Positions 7,325 through 15,317 of a DNA stretch of 48,075 bases are shown here, piece by piece (within the stretch, counting starts at the first letter, position 1; each line of letters opens with the position of its first letter). The notes beneath the pieces are model-generated. The model ran no database searches, had not been told where the DNA came from, and worked only from the letters and a program-made list of their open reading frames with translations. The translations under genes and the position numbers were made by a program. This DNA comes from Klebsiella phage KPN N141. The stretch is taken from sequence record MF415412.1, one strand, 5' to 3'.

Positions 7325-8893
7325 TTACCTCATGAACGACGGGTTGATAAAGACTTCGGAATCCATCACGCAGATAAAGCCTAATTCCTCCATCTTCGGC
7401 AATAAGCGTTCCTTAATCTTTTTGCTCACCCCGGCCTGGCCTTTGAAGATCTTCAGGTTGCGGCAGGCGTTATAAATGCCCTGGACAGTCATAACACCTT
7501 TTGCCTGTTTGCAACGACTGGCGATAACGTCATACAGCGCTTTAATTTCCGCTCCCTCACCAGCAAAGCCGGAAGAGTCAGCCGACGACAAATACGTTTT
7601 GCTCAATTCATGGAACATGATGATCGCTTCGTCAATGGTCGCCGTGTCGATCTTCTTCGAGCGCTTCCCGCCGGGTTGCCAGTTCCGGATCGTGTGAATC
7701 ACGGACGCCAGACGCATAACCTGCTTATCAAACTTACCCATCGCGCCGCGAAGCATTGTATGCGAATACTTGCCGCCGTCGCCTAACTCCGGTTCTAATT
7801 CCTGACGGGCCTTATTCAGTCTCCGCATGGCTGCATCCGTAACCTGCAACTTAACGTTTGATTCGCTCATAATGTCATGAATCAGCCGGAAGTAATCTGC
7901 CTTCAGTGACTGGTCGATCGGCTCATAGGTCGAATTCCCGTTTTCGTCGATAAACACGCGTTCGCCTAAACGTGTTTGCTCACGAACCAAAAGGAAACGC
8001 TCCGAGACACCGATCCCGCGAGAACCAGCCTGCATAATGGCGTCGATGGTTTCATCCTGGGCAATTACGCAAATGCAGCCCAAAGCCACGAATGACATAT
8101 TGTTGCTAACGTCGGCACGAGCGATCGATACGTGGCCTTTATCCCATGCTTTGAGCACCAGTTCGCTGTTCGTCTTCTTGCCGCCATCGTTGCCATACGT
8201 GATCCCTAAAAGGCTGTTAACAGCCGTCGCCTCATCGGAAATAACGGCAAAGTTGCCCTGGCGGTTGTTAATCTTCGCCAGACCTTCCGGGGTGGTATCG
8301 GATACCGGGAAAGTTAGATCACATAATTTTTCAAGTTTCTCTTCCAGTTCGTCACGGTCTTCGAAAAGTTTCACCATATCAGATTGCGATAACTCCCCTT
8401 TTAGCGCCTGCTTGTTGGCGGACAGCTTCGCCATGATTTTCTTACGTTCCTTCTTGCGCGACTCGTTAATGCGCTCGACTTCGGCGACAATAGGATCGAT
8501 AGCCAGCGAGTTAATGGCAGACTTACCAGCGGAAGGCGGCTGCGATGTGATAACGTAAAGCGTTGTCGGTTGCTCGCTGCCGTGGTACTCGACCCAAAAG
8601 CGACCCATCATCGCGGCTGACACGGTTCCGAGAAAGTGCATGTAAGCGGATGATTCCGGGAACTGAACAGATCGGGCGGCATTGAGCGCCAGCTTGCCGA
8701 CCACATCGTAATCATTTGCGATCGAGATTGTTGGGTATTTATCCGCGTTTACGTCGATATCTTTGGGCTTTGGCCAGAATGAAACGGAGTCACGATACCC
8801 GTTCGCACGAATCGCAACGCGCAGGGGACTGATCCCCTCCCTTTCTGCGATGGCGATAATATCTTGCGGTGATACGCGGTCATTTAAAAACAT
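7325..8893 (-). CDS. DUF3987/YfjI-like ATPase-fold protein
   Basis: 'LYVITSQPPSAGKSAINSLAIDP' P-loop-like, 'FAVISDEATAVNSLLG', 'GSRGIGVSERFLLV', 'LSADSSGFAGEGAE'-type layout typical of DUF3987 proteins; RBS AATCAGGAG. Confidence 0.65.
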   Translation of the reverse strand: MFLNDRVSPQDIIAIAEREGISPLRVAIRANGYRDSVSFWPKPKDIDVNADKYPTISIANDYDVVGKLALNAARSVQFPESSAYMHFLGTVSAAMMGRFWVEYHGSEQPTTLYVITSQPPSAGKSAINSLAIDPIVAEVERINESRKKERKKIMAKLSANKQALKGELSQSDMVKLFEDRDELEEKLEKLCDLTFPVSDTTPEGLAKINNRQGNFAVISDEATAVNSLLGITYGNDGGKKTNSELVLKAWDKGHVSIARADVSNNMSFVALGCICVIAQDETIDAIMQAGSRGIGVSERFLLVREQTRLGERVFIDENGNSTYEPIDQSLKADYFRLIHDIMSESNVKLQVTDAAMRRLNKARQELEPELGDGGKYSHTMLRGAMGKFDKQVMRLASVIHTIRNWQPGGKRSKKIDTATIDEAIIMFHELSKTYLSSADSSGFAGEGAEIKALYDVIASRCKQAKGVMTVQGIYNACRNLKIFKGQAGVSKKIKERLLPKMEELGFICVMDSEVFINPSFMR

Positions 8894-9018
8894 GCCCTTG
8901 CTCCTGATTGGTTAATCGTTCGGCTAATCATATGCCGTATTAAATCCGAGATCCAGTGATAATCTAAACACGCTTGAAAAACGCGCTTGGATTATCGGGG
9001 CGCACGGCCCCGAACCCG

Positions 9019-9456
9019 TCACAGGTATTTAGCTTCGAAAGTCGTTCCGTCAGATACACTGAAGCCAACTTCCTCGCGGTACAGCGTCCAGCGGCATCCG
9101 TCACGGTCGAAGATGTATCCAGCAACCGCACCGAGCGCACGACCACTTTCCACCTGGTAGCGCTTGCCGACGCTGAAGGATTTTTTCATCGGGTTGCTAT
9201 GGTCAAGCCCGACGCATTTTAGCGTTTTGGTTTTTAGTTCGATGAACGTCGCAACCGCCGCTCCGCCGTCGCCAGCAATAAACAACTCGCCGCTAACGCC
9301 TACCGACAAAATAATGCGCTTCTTCTTCAGTTCTACGCTGTCATATACCATCATTGACACGTTGCCTTCATCGTCGACGCGAGCGGAATAAAGGTTGTTT
9401 TCATGGATGTTAACGGCACGGCTTGACGTGCATTTAATCTTGATTGACTTCGCCAT
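9019..9456 (-). CDS. hypothetical protein
   Basis: 145-aa ORF within leftward operon. Confidence 0.5.
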   Translation of the reverse strand: MAKSIKIKCTSSRAVNIHENNLYSARVDDEGNVSMMVYDSVELKKKRIILSVGVSGELFIAGDGGAAVATFIELKTKTLKCVGLDHSNPMKKSFSVGKRYQVESGRALGAVAGYIFDRDGCRWTLYREEVGFSVSDGTTFEAKYL

Positions 9457-9639
9457 TTATTTTCTTTCTCCCATCTCGATATACAGGTTAACCAGATCCA
9501 GAAAGTCAGCTTTATTCCTGCAACTCAATTTAAAGCCAACGTGCGACTCAATTTTATTTTGCATCGAAGCCAGGGTTGCGCCGCCATTATTCATCCTGAG
9601 AACTTCGCGGCATACTTCGGCGAGTTTTTTCGATATCAT
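9457..9639 (-). CDS. hypothetical protein
   Basis: ORF; start MISKK with upstream GGTGG/GGAG-like RBS. Confidence 0.45.
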   Translation of the reverse strand: MISKKLAEVCREVLRMNNGGATLASMQNKIESHVGFKLSCRNKADFLDLVNLYIEMGERK

Positions 9640-9839
9640 TTTTTCACCACCTTTATTTCCATGCCTTCGCAAGCGGCCTTGATATCATTAATCAGTCGAT
9701 TAAGCCTTAAATCAGTCATTACATGGTGATGGCGGATATCAATAATCCCGGCAACAACTAACAGCATGACGGCAAAGATAAAACCACCAGGCCCGGACAT
9801 ACACAAAATAGTTAACATCATCAAGATAACAAATTTCAT
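9636..9839 (-). CDS. small membrane protein
   Basis: 'MKFVILMMLTILCMSGPGGFIFAVMLLVVAGIIDIRHHH' two hydrophobic segments; preceded by cassette element 9872-9914. Confidence 0.6.
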   Translation of the reverse strand: MKFVILMMLTILCMSGPGGFIFAVMLLVVAGIIDIRHHHVMTDLRLNRLINDIKAACEGMEIKVVKK

Positions 9840-9871
9840 TTCCGTTTACTCCGTTGCGTTTCGATGGGGTA

Positions 9872-9914
9872 ATGCTACCCGACTTTCGCCGGGTAGTTTT
9901 AGCAATTCGTGCTA
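9872..9914 (-). promoter_or_regulatory. cassette element copy: TAGCACGAATTGCTA-22-TAGCAT
   Basis: hairpin ACCCGGC-GAAA-GTCGGGT; TAG is stop of 9912..10613. Confidence 0.8.
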
Positions 9915-10613
9915 TTCTCGATAATTCGCCTGGAACACGGCGCGGGCAAAACCTCGCGGAGTAATGGAGCGCAGCATTTTAGTCCTTTCTGACCTTCCGC
10001 CCAAAAACTTCCAGGCCCAAAAGAAATTCACGCCTTCTACTCCATCCGGCGGCGGGAGCCGTTTCGGTTCTACGAACCCGTTTCCGTGCCATATGCACGT
10101 TTTCTTCGTGTAATTGTCACAGTGGGGCATTTTTGGATGCCACACAGGTTCGTTCGGAGAAACATAGCCGCCGAAGTCGCGCGGGTGAAAATAGAAATCC
10201 GGCTTGCGCCATAGTGACGACAATTTTCCGACCGGGTTTTCGACCATCCAGGGGCAACCATACTTATTGCCTAATTGCTCGACCATCTTCGCATCATCTG
10301 CGGCTGATAGAACGTCATTATCTTGCCTTACGTGCTTGATTCCGCTATGCGCTAACAGCGTGCATGACGGGAACGCGAAAATGAAGTCAGGATCGGGAAC
10401 GCCGAGAATCGATCGCTTCACGTCAAAATCCTTGTCGATCCAAATGTTAACATACTGGATATTGGGGTGAACCATTCGAATGCTGTATTCTCCGTGGTCG
10501 CCGGAGTCGGCATTGAAGCAATACACCTTGCATCCCTTGATGGCCCACGGCAGGCCCATGATGCCTGAGCCGTCGAACATGCAGTAAATAACCTTGTCTT
10601 TCATGCTTTCCAC
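9912..10613 (-). CDS. cytosine-C5 methyltransferase-like protein (divergent)
   Basis: 'FDGSGIMGLPWAIKGCKVYCFNADSG' motif I/II-like, 'FAFPSCTLLAHSG' motif IV-like with Cys, 'MVENPVG' motif VI-like (ENx). Confidence 0.6.
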   Translation of the reverse strand: MESMKDKVIYCMFDGSGIMGLPWAIKGCKVYCFNADSGDHGEYSIRMVHPNIQYVNIWIDKDFDVKRSILGVPDPDFIFAFPSCTLLAHSGIKHVRQDNDVLSAADDAKMVEQLGNKYGCPWMVENPVGKLSSLWRKPDFYFHPRDFGGYVSPNEPVWHPKMPHCDNYTKKTCIWHGNGFVEPKRLPPPDGVEGVNFFWAWKFLGGRSERTKMLRSITPRGFARAVFQANYRE

Positions 10614-10828
10614 GCCTCAATGAACATTCTGTTCGATTCCAGCGTCAGCGTGACGCCAGCCAGGGAGGACTGAACGAGGCGACCGCCCGGAACCGTCCCG
10701 ATGATGTAGCGGCCTTTCGACTTCGTGATCGTGATCTGAGTGAAGCCGGAGGCGCGGTTCATGCGGAGAACGACGCGGCCATGCGCGTTCAGGACGGCGA
10801 GAATGGAATCAGTCTTCGGATGGTTCAT
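10601..10828 (-). CDS. hypothetical protein
   Basis: ORF trimmed to ATG at 10828 downstream of cassette 10861-10903. Confidence 0.5.
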   Translation of the reverse strand: MNHPKTDSILAVLNAHGRVVLRMNRASGFTQITITKSKGRYIIGTVPGGRLVQSSLAGVTLTLESNRMFIEAWKA

Positions 10829-10860
10829 TGTGTAGCTCCTTCGCTTGTTGGTGTGGGGAT

Positions 10861-10903
10861 AGTATGCCACTATCCCGCCATGTTGTTTTAGCAAAACGTG
10901 CTA
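10861..10903 (-). promoter_or_regulatory. cassette element copy: TAGCACGTTTTGCTA-22-CATACT
   Basis: hairpin GGGATAGT...ACTATCCC spanning the -10; TAG is stop of 10901..11278. Confidence 0.8.
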
Positions 10904-11278
10904 TGCCGGAACGCAGGTCGCGTAATCCTGGCTGATGTAGATCGTGCGCTGAACGCGAGGTTCGAGATCGCCGAGTTCCTGGATGGTAACATCGTTGCTT
11001 CCTACCCGGCACGGAACCGATCCGAAAATAAACTCGCCAGTCTGCTTGTCGTTGATTTGCCATACATTACCGCCCTCATTTTTGACAACCAGGAAGGGCG
11101 CATTGTCTGCGCTGAACTCTTCCGGGCCACGACCGTAGTAATGCGTGATCGCAGCTTTGGCCGCAGCGCTGAAGGCATCGGTAACGTCATTGGTCGCCTT
11201 GTCGCGCATGGCCTTGATACGCTCTTCAGGCGATCCGATGATGTAGGAAAAGCTGTTAGAAATGGTAACTGTTCTCAT
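10901..11278 (-). CDS. hypothetical protein
   Basis: 125-aa ORF; stop TAG is part of cassette element. Confidence 0.55.
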   Translation of the reverse strand: MRTVTISNSFSYIIGSPEERIKAMRDKATNDVTDAFSAAAKAAITHYYGRGPEEFSADNAPFLVVKNEGGNVWQINDKQTGEFIFGSVPCRVGSNDVTIQELGDLEPRVQRTIYISQDYATCVPA

Positions 11279-11547
11279 TATATTTTAACCTCGTTTTGGT
11301 GGATGAAGTCGGCGACGTAATGGCATTCGATCGGGTTCTCGATACCCGCGAGCACCTCGCACGACCCGTTATTCAGTAGCTGGCAATGCTGGCACTCCGC
11401 GCCGCCAACACTGGCAATGACAATGGCGATCCCGTTGCATGAACCGCCGAACATTCGATGAGGGAAGGAGTAAGCATCACAGGTACAAACCACCTCCCCG
11501 GCTCGCCGTTTCCTCATACCTGGCCCTTCTCGATGCAGAAAACCCAA
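11278..11547 (-). CDS. hypothetical Cys-rich protein
   Basis: CTC..C...CQHCQ..C pattern; coding start uncertain. Confidence 0.4.
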   Translation of the reverse strand: MGFLHREGPGMRKRRAGEVVCTCDAYSFPHRMFGGSCNGIAIVIASVGGAECQHCQLLNNGSCEVLAGIENPIECHYVADFIHQNEVKI

Positions 11548-11708
11548 TCACGAGCGTCAACCGCAAAGCGTGCAACTCCGTCTAGCACCACGAAGACAGT
11601 AAACCCGTTGACGCCGCGCCCCTTCTCGATATCGGTTACGGTGCGGAACAGATCGCTTGCGCCATATTGAATTTTATCCCCGACGACTACATCCGCAAAT
11701 GCTTTCAT
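11514..11708 (-). CDS. hypothetical protein
   Basis: small beta-rich-looking ORF after cassette 11740-11782. Confidence 0.5.
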   Translation of the reverse strand: MKAFADVVVGDKIQYGASDLFRTVTDIEKGRGVNGFTVFVVLDGVARFAVDARDWVFCIEKGQV

Positions 11709-11739
11709 GGTTAATCTCCTGACTGGTTTCGATGGGTTA

Positions 11740-11782
11740 ACTATACCAGGCCTTTCGGCCAGGCGTTTAGCAATTCGTGCTT
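11740..11782 (-). promoter_or_regulatory. cassette element copy: AAGCACGAATTGCTA-22-TATAGT
   Basis: hairpin GGCC-GAAA-GGCC. Confidence 0.78.
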
Positions 11783-12062
11783 ATTTCACTGCTTTCTTCG
11801 CTGCCTTGTACGCCTCTTTGAAAGCCGGAACATCTTCGACCGGAATCCAGAAGCCGGAGCCATAGCCATCGTCATAGCAAGGGCATTGGTCGCAGTAGTC
11901 GCCCCAGGTTTTCTCTTCGCCGCCGACAGAGAAGCCAGTGGCCATTTCGCATAACGCCTCCTCAACCGCTTCGATCTTGTCGGCGTCGCTATCCATGATA
12001 ACGAAGTTCCACTTGCCGTTATACTCGCTGCCCAGGTTGATTGATTCGCGTTGAAGTTTCAT
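11781..12062 (-). CDS. hypothetical protein
   Basis: ORF with GGAG RBS, first leftward gene after intergenic control region. Confidence 0.6.
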   Translation of the reverse strand: MKLQRESINLGSEYNGKWNFVIMDSDADKIEAVEEALCEMATGFSVGGEEKTWGDYCDQCPCYDDGYGSGFWIPVEDVPAFKEAYKAAKKAVK

Positions 12063-12101
12063 AGCTTTAGCTCCTTTGGCTCAATTCGTTTCGTTGAAGT
12101 C

Positions 12102-12144
12102 ATCATAGCAAAGTCGATCTGATGGCTTTTGACAAAAAATGCTA
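12102..12144 (-). promoter_or_regulatory. cassette element copy: TAGCATTTTTTGTCA-22-TATGAT
   Basis: upstream of 11781..12062; same 22-bp spacing. Confidence 0.7.
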
Positions 12145-12407
12145 TTCCTGCGATTGCTGATTATTCCACCGATTCGGAATAGTGGAATAGATGGTGATTG
12201 CACCTGATTCCACGGTGATTAGTTTTGACGAATCATGATTGCTTTTGATTGTTTCATTTTGTGCAACGATTTTGGGAGTGTTTCAGGATTTGCAACGAAT
12301 TGCATAAATGTATGCACCATGCACGCAATTTACCGATCGAAGCCAGCAAAACGTCGAGTTGTGTTTCGCCAACATTTACGTCGTGTGGGAGTGTGGGGGG
12401 GAGGAAT

Positions 12408-12537
12408 AATCTTACCTAAAAATTGCGCAAAAAATGACCAATATAAGCCCATATATAGATAGTAAGTATATGATAAATAATAATATTATTATTATTACTC
12501 TTTATCTTTATATATGTTTGGTAAGATTTCTCCGGGG
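12408..12537 (+). repeat. AT-rich control/origin-like module, copy 1 (inverted relative to 46.4 kb)
   Basis: 51-nt block 12451-12501 matches reverse complement of 46429-46479 with one mismatch; 20-nt block 12518-12537 (TTGGTAAGATTTCTCCGGGG) matches reverse complement of 46392-46411 exactly; left flank AATCTTAC.TAAA..TTGCGCAAAA.....ACCAAT also shared. Confidence 0.9.
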
Positions 12538-12651
12538 AGGTTATGGATTCCTCTTGCGCAAGCCATAATTTTTAGATGTTCCGCCGAAAAAAAATGTATA
12601 TAGGGATATATAGGGGATGACAGCAAATCTTACCAAACACGCCGAAACCCT

Positions 12652-12680
12652 TTGACGGCAAGGCCTGCGGCCTGTATTAT
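12652..12680 (+). promoter_or_regulatory. sigma70-like promoter for the rightward accessory operon
   Basis: TTGACG - 17 bp - TATTAT, upstream of first rightward gene, 18 bp downstream of an ATCTTACC site. Confidence 0.6.
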
Positions 12681-12727
12681 CACCTTCCGAAACATTACCA
12701 AACGCCGTAAATGTGGGGGAAACACAA

Positions 12728-13261
12728 ATGCAATACAAAGGCTATGAGTTCGAAGAAGTCGACGTGTCCGAGTGGATGCGGTACGACGCAGAAAAGCAAG
12801 CCGCTTACCATGAATGGCTGCAATCCATCACGTTTGGCGACGCCACCAGGCCAGCCGGACGGAGCCAGGAAGCAGCGAAGGCGGAAGGCACATTCACTGG
12901 TAATCGTTCGTCCGAGATCCGGCGCATGTTCCTGGATGGCGGGCGGCGTATCCAGATGACGGCGGAGGAGTTCGTGGAGAAGTTCGGCGTTAATCCGGTC
13001 GACAACCATTTCCGCAGGCCGTTGCTGAAACTTCTGGAGCCGGGCGAGGTGTTGCGGGTGAGCCTGGGAGCGGGGTTAATCTCCGTCTTTACCGAGTTCG
13101 ACGCAATGACTGGCTCACACCTGGAAGCCGAGGCATACAGGCGGCAGGGCGCTATCTCTGAGCGGGAAAGATGCCTTGCCATCATTGACGAAGTGATGCC
13201 AAAAGGCCTGCTTTACAACGGTTACACAATGGCACTGAAAGCCAAAATCACAGGAGAATAA
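12728..13261 (+). CDS. hypothetical protein (first gene of rightward operon)
   Basis: ATG with GGGGGAAAC upstream; 177 aa. Confidence 0.6.
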   Translation: MQYKGYEFEEVDVSEWMRYDAEKQAAYHEWLQSITFGDATRPAGRSQEAAKAEGTFTGNRSSEIRRMFLDGGRRIQMTAEEFVEKFGVNPVDNHFRRPLLKLLEPGEVLRVSLGAGLISVFTEFDAMTGSHLEAEAYRRQGAISERERCLAIIDEVMPKGLLYNGYTMALKAKITGE

Positions 13262-13263
13262 CC

Positions 13264-13569
13264 ATGAAACTATATCCAGACCAAAACGACCCGGCGGCAC
13301 CGATGCGCCTGGGTGATACGCCAATCAGCGAGCAAGAGGTTATCGCAGCCATTGCCAGGGCATCGGACGAAGAAAATCCAACCGCCCTGGAATGCGTGAC
13401 AGCCGACCTGCTGTTAATGTCATTTCTTCCGGAATCTGAATCTTACATTCAGCACATCACCGAGACGGGCCAGGCGGTGACTAAGCCGGAATTCATCGGC
13501 GCGTCGAACGTCCTGGCGATGATGGCCGATGAGTCGGATAACATCATCAGCCTCGATTATCCGCAATAG
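13264..13569 (+). CDS. hypothetical protein
   Basis: ORF 2 nt after upstream stop; its TAG stop starts a cassette element. Confidence 0.55.
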   Translation: MKLYPDQNDPAAPMRLGDTPISEQEVIAAIARASDEENPTALECVTADLLLMSFLPESESYIQHITETGQAVTKPEFIGASNVLAMMADESDNIISLDYPQ

Positions 13570-13609
13570 CACTTTTTGTTAAAACCCGGTCAGAGCGATC
13601 GGGTATTAT
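13567..13609 (+). promoter_or_regulatory. cassette element copy: TAGCACTTTTTGTTA-22-TATTAT
   Basis: hairpin CCCGGTC-AGAGC-GATCGGG; TAG is stop of 13264..13569. Confidence 0.8.
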
Positions 13610-13641
13610 CTCTTCATCGACAACGAACCGAGGAAAGCGAA

Positions 13642-13794
13642 ATGATTACTCTGATTACCTGGGAACACGAAAACAGCAAGCCAGAAGTGCGCGAGTTCGA
13701 GACCGTGGCGGCGTGCTACAACCTGGCGGCAAACGGTGGCTTTTACAAGGCGCAGATCGTTAACGAGTTCGGGGTTGTCGATTATGAATTTTAA
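13642..13794 (+). CDS. hypothetical small protein
   Basis: ATG with GAGGAAAG RBS after cassette. Confidence 0.5.
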   Translation: MITLITWEHENSKPEVREFETVAACYNLAANGGFYKAQIVNEFGVVDYEF

Positions 13795-13993
13795 GGCGAG
13801 CGATGTAAAACCTGGCGCGGTCTACGGATCGCGCCTCAACAACCGCCTTTGGCGCTGGGATGGCGAAACTATGTGGACTAAAGGCGAGGGCGATGTTATT
13901 TGGCACGAGTGCGGCTGGCCTCACCCCACAATGAGCCGCCTTGATATCGCTTATTATCTTTCGGTTGGCGATATGCACGAGGTGGAAAGATAG
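13784..13993 (+). CDS. hypothetical small protein
   Basis: ORF MNFKASDVKPGAVYGSRLNNRLWRWDGE..., overlaps upstream ORF. Confidence 0.5.
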   Translation: MNFKASDVKPGAVYGSRLNNRLWRWDGETMWTKGEGDVIWHECGWPHPTMSRLDIAYYLSVGDMHEVER

Positions 13994-14033
13994 CACTTTT
14001 TGCTAAAACGCCGATGGCGAGATCCGGTATTAT
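13991..14033 (+). promoter_or_regulatory. cassette element copy: TAGCACTTTTTGCTA-22-TATTAT
   Basis: bulged hairpin CCGAT...ATCCGG; TAG is stop of 13784..13993. Confidence 0.8.
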
Positions 14034-14059
14034 TTACCCATCGACAACGAACTGAGGTG

Positions 14060-14245
14060 ATGAAGATGGATAAGGTTATCAAGATGAGCGAAGTTAAGCC
14101 GGGCATGATGGTCAAGTTTGCTGGCAAGTTTCGCCTGGTTCTCGCAGCAGATCGCAAGGCGAACATTCTCACTATTCGCGTTAATGGAAAGGCCCAACTC
14201 TTCGCGCCGCAGTCCGACATTGAAGTTGAAGTTCGTATCAAGTAA
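14060..14245 (+). CDS. hypothetical small protein
   Basis: ATG with GAGGTGATG RBS; 'VIKMSEVKPGMMVKFAGKFRLVL' resembles the 'VKPG..' start of 13784..13993. Confidence 0.5.
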   Translation: MKMDKVIKMSEVKPGMMVKFAGKFRLVLAADRKANILTIRVNGKAQLFAPQSDIEVEVRIK

Positions 14246-14262
14246 GCAACCTGGAGATGAAG

Positions 14263-14370
14263 ATGAGCAAGAAGAATCCATATTCAACCAGCAACTACCA
14301 TAACGAACACGTCATGCGCTGGCACTGGCAGAAACTCAAAGAGCGCTACCTTGCACGCCAGGGCAAATAA
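14263..14370 (+). CDS. hypothetical peptide (35 aa, MSKKNPYSTSNYHNEHVMRWHWQKLKERYLARQGK)
   Basis: ATG after CTGGAG RBS; not in ORF track. Confidence 0.4.
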   Translation: MSKKNPYSTSNYHNEHVMRWHWQKLKERYLARQGK

Positions 14371-14433
14371 TCGCAATAGCGCCTCTTCGGTGGCGCTATA
14401 TTCCCACCACCAACACGGCAAACGCCAGGAGGA

Positions 14434-14664
14434 ATGGCCATGCCACGATTTTCAGCAACAACCAAACTTCGCACCTTCGCCGGGATGCCGATCCCATACT
14501 CATCAACCAAAGCCGTCCAGGGTAGCGAACACGGCGTTTACTTCCACTGGTTAGGCAAGTGGCGCTTCACCGTCATTCGCGGCTTTTACGTGACCTGCGA
14601 CCGAGTGGATATTGAAGACCATTCCGGCTGGAACCAGGTTCACGAGTTCAAGAAGCACGAATAG
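14434..14664 (+). CDS. hypothetical protein
   Basis: ORF with AGGAGG RBS; stop TAG within cassette. Confidence 0.5.
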   Translation: MAMPRFSATTKLRTFAGMPIPYSSTKAVQGSEHGVYFHWLGKWRFTVIRGFYVTCDRVDIEDHSGWNQVHEFKKHE

Positions 14665-14704
14665 CACTTTTTGCTAAAACTCGATCGGGGCAATGCGTTA
14701 TTAT
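14662..14704 (+). promoter_or_regulatory. cassette element copy: TAGCACTTTTTGCTA-22-TATTAT
   Basis: GGGGCAAT...ATTACCCC partial hairpin; TAG is stop of 14434..14664. Confidence 0.8.
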
Positions 14705-14733
14705 TACCCCATCGAAACAGAGGAGCAAAAAAC

Positions 14734-14946
14734 ATGATTGGCAACCACAACAACGAACTGAACGCAGCCGCCCACCGTCGCGCCGTCGAGCAGAACTTCA
14801 ACGCGCTTAAAGTAGCCTGCGATGAGATGAAAGCAATGCTTGAACTGCCGTCATGGGATCCACAACTCGAAGACTACTATGACGGCCTCCGCGTCAAGCG
14901 TGACGATATCATCAACCGCCTGCGCCTGGCCGGAATGTTCCTGTAA
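14734..14946 (+). CDS. hypothetical protein
   Basis: ATG with GAGGAG RBS. Confidence 0.5.
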   Translation: MIGNHNNELNAAAHRRAVEQNFNALKVACDEMKAMLELPSWDPQLEDYYDGLRVKRDDIINRLRLAGMFL

Positions 14947-14956
14947 GGAGAACGCA

Positions 14957-15277
14957 ATGATTCACGAAGTTAAATCCGGCGAGCAGGTAGTGGCCACCAT
15001 CACGCAGCGCCACGTTGTAGCCTTCCAGATTAACATTCCTGGCACGTTCGATATGCAGTCGCTTGACGTGCCAGTTTGGGCCAACACGGTTGCCATTGAT
15101 GCCGACGGCTCAATTTGGGCCTATGAGTCGACCGCTGAAAATGTTCGCCTGCTGAGTTACTCGCCTGATTCATGGGTGGATAAGGGGCCGGGCGGAAACA
15201 AAATGGTTCAGGTTGGCGAAATGGCTCGCTTCCCTGATTGGGCAAAATCGAAGATTGACCTTCGCGGCCTGAAATAG
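14957..15277 (+). CDS. hypothetical protein
   Basis: ATG with AAGGAG RBS; stop TAG within cassette. Confidence 0.55.
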   Translation: MIHEVKSGEQVVATITQRHVVAFQINIPGTFDMQSLDVPVWANTVAIDADGSIWAYESTAENVRLLSYSPDSWVDKGPGGNKMVQVGEMARFPDWAKSKIDLRGLK

Positions 15278-15317
15278 CACGCATTGCTAAACGCCCGTTC
15301 AGAGGATCGGGCATAAT
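15275..15317 (+). promoter_or_regulatory. cassette element copy: TAGCACGCATTGCTA-22-CATAAT
   Basis: hairpin GCCCG...CGGGC; TAG is stop of 14957..15277. Confidence 0.8.

Noticed and set aside
12200-12700. Phage lysogeny control (repressor/cro) region
   Set aside because: Divergent layout is suggestive, but neither flanking gene is a recognisable repressor and no integrase is present in the window; the origin/early-control interpretation fits the data better.
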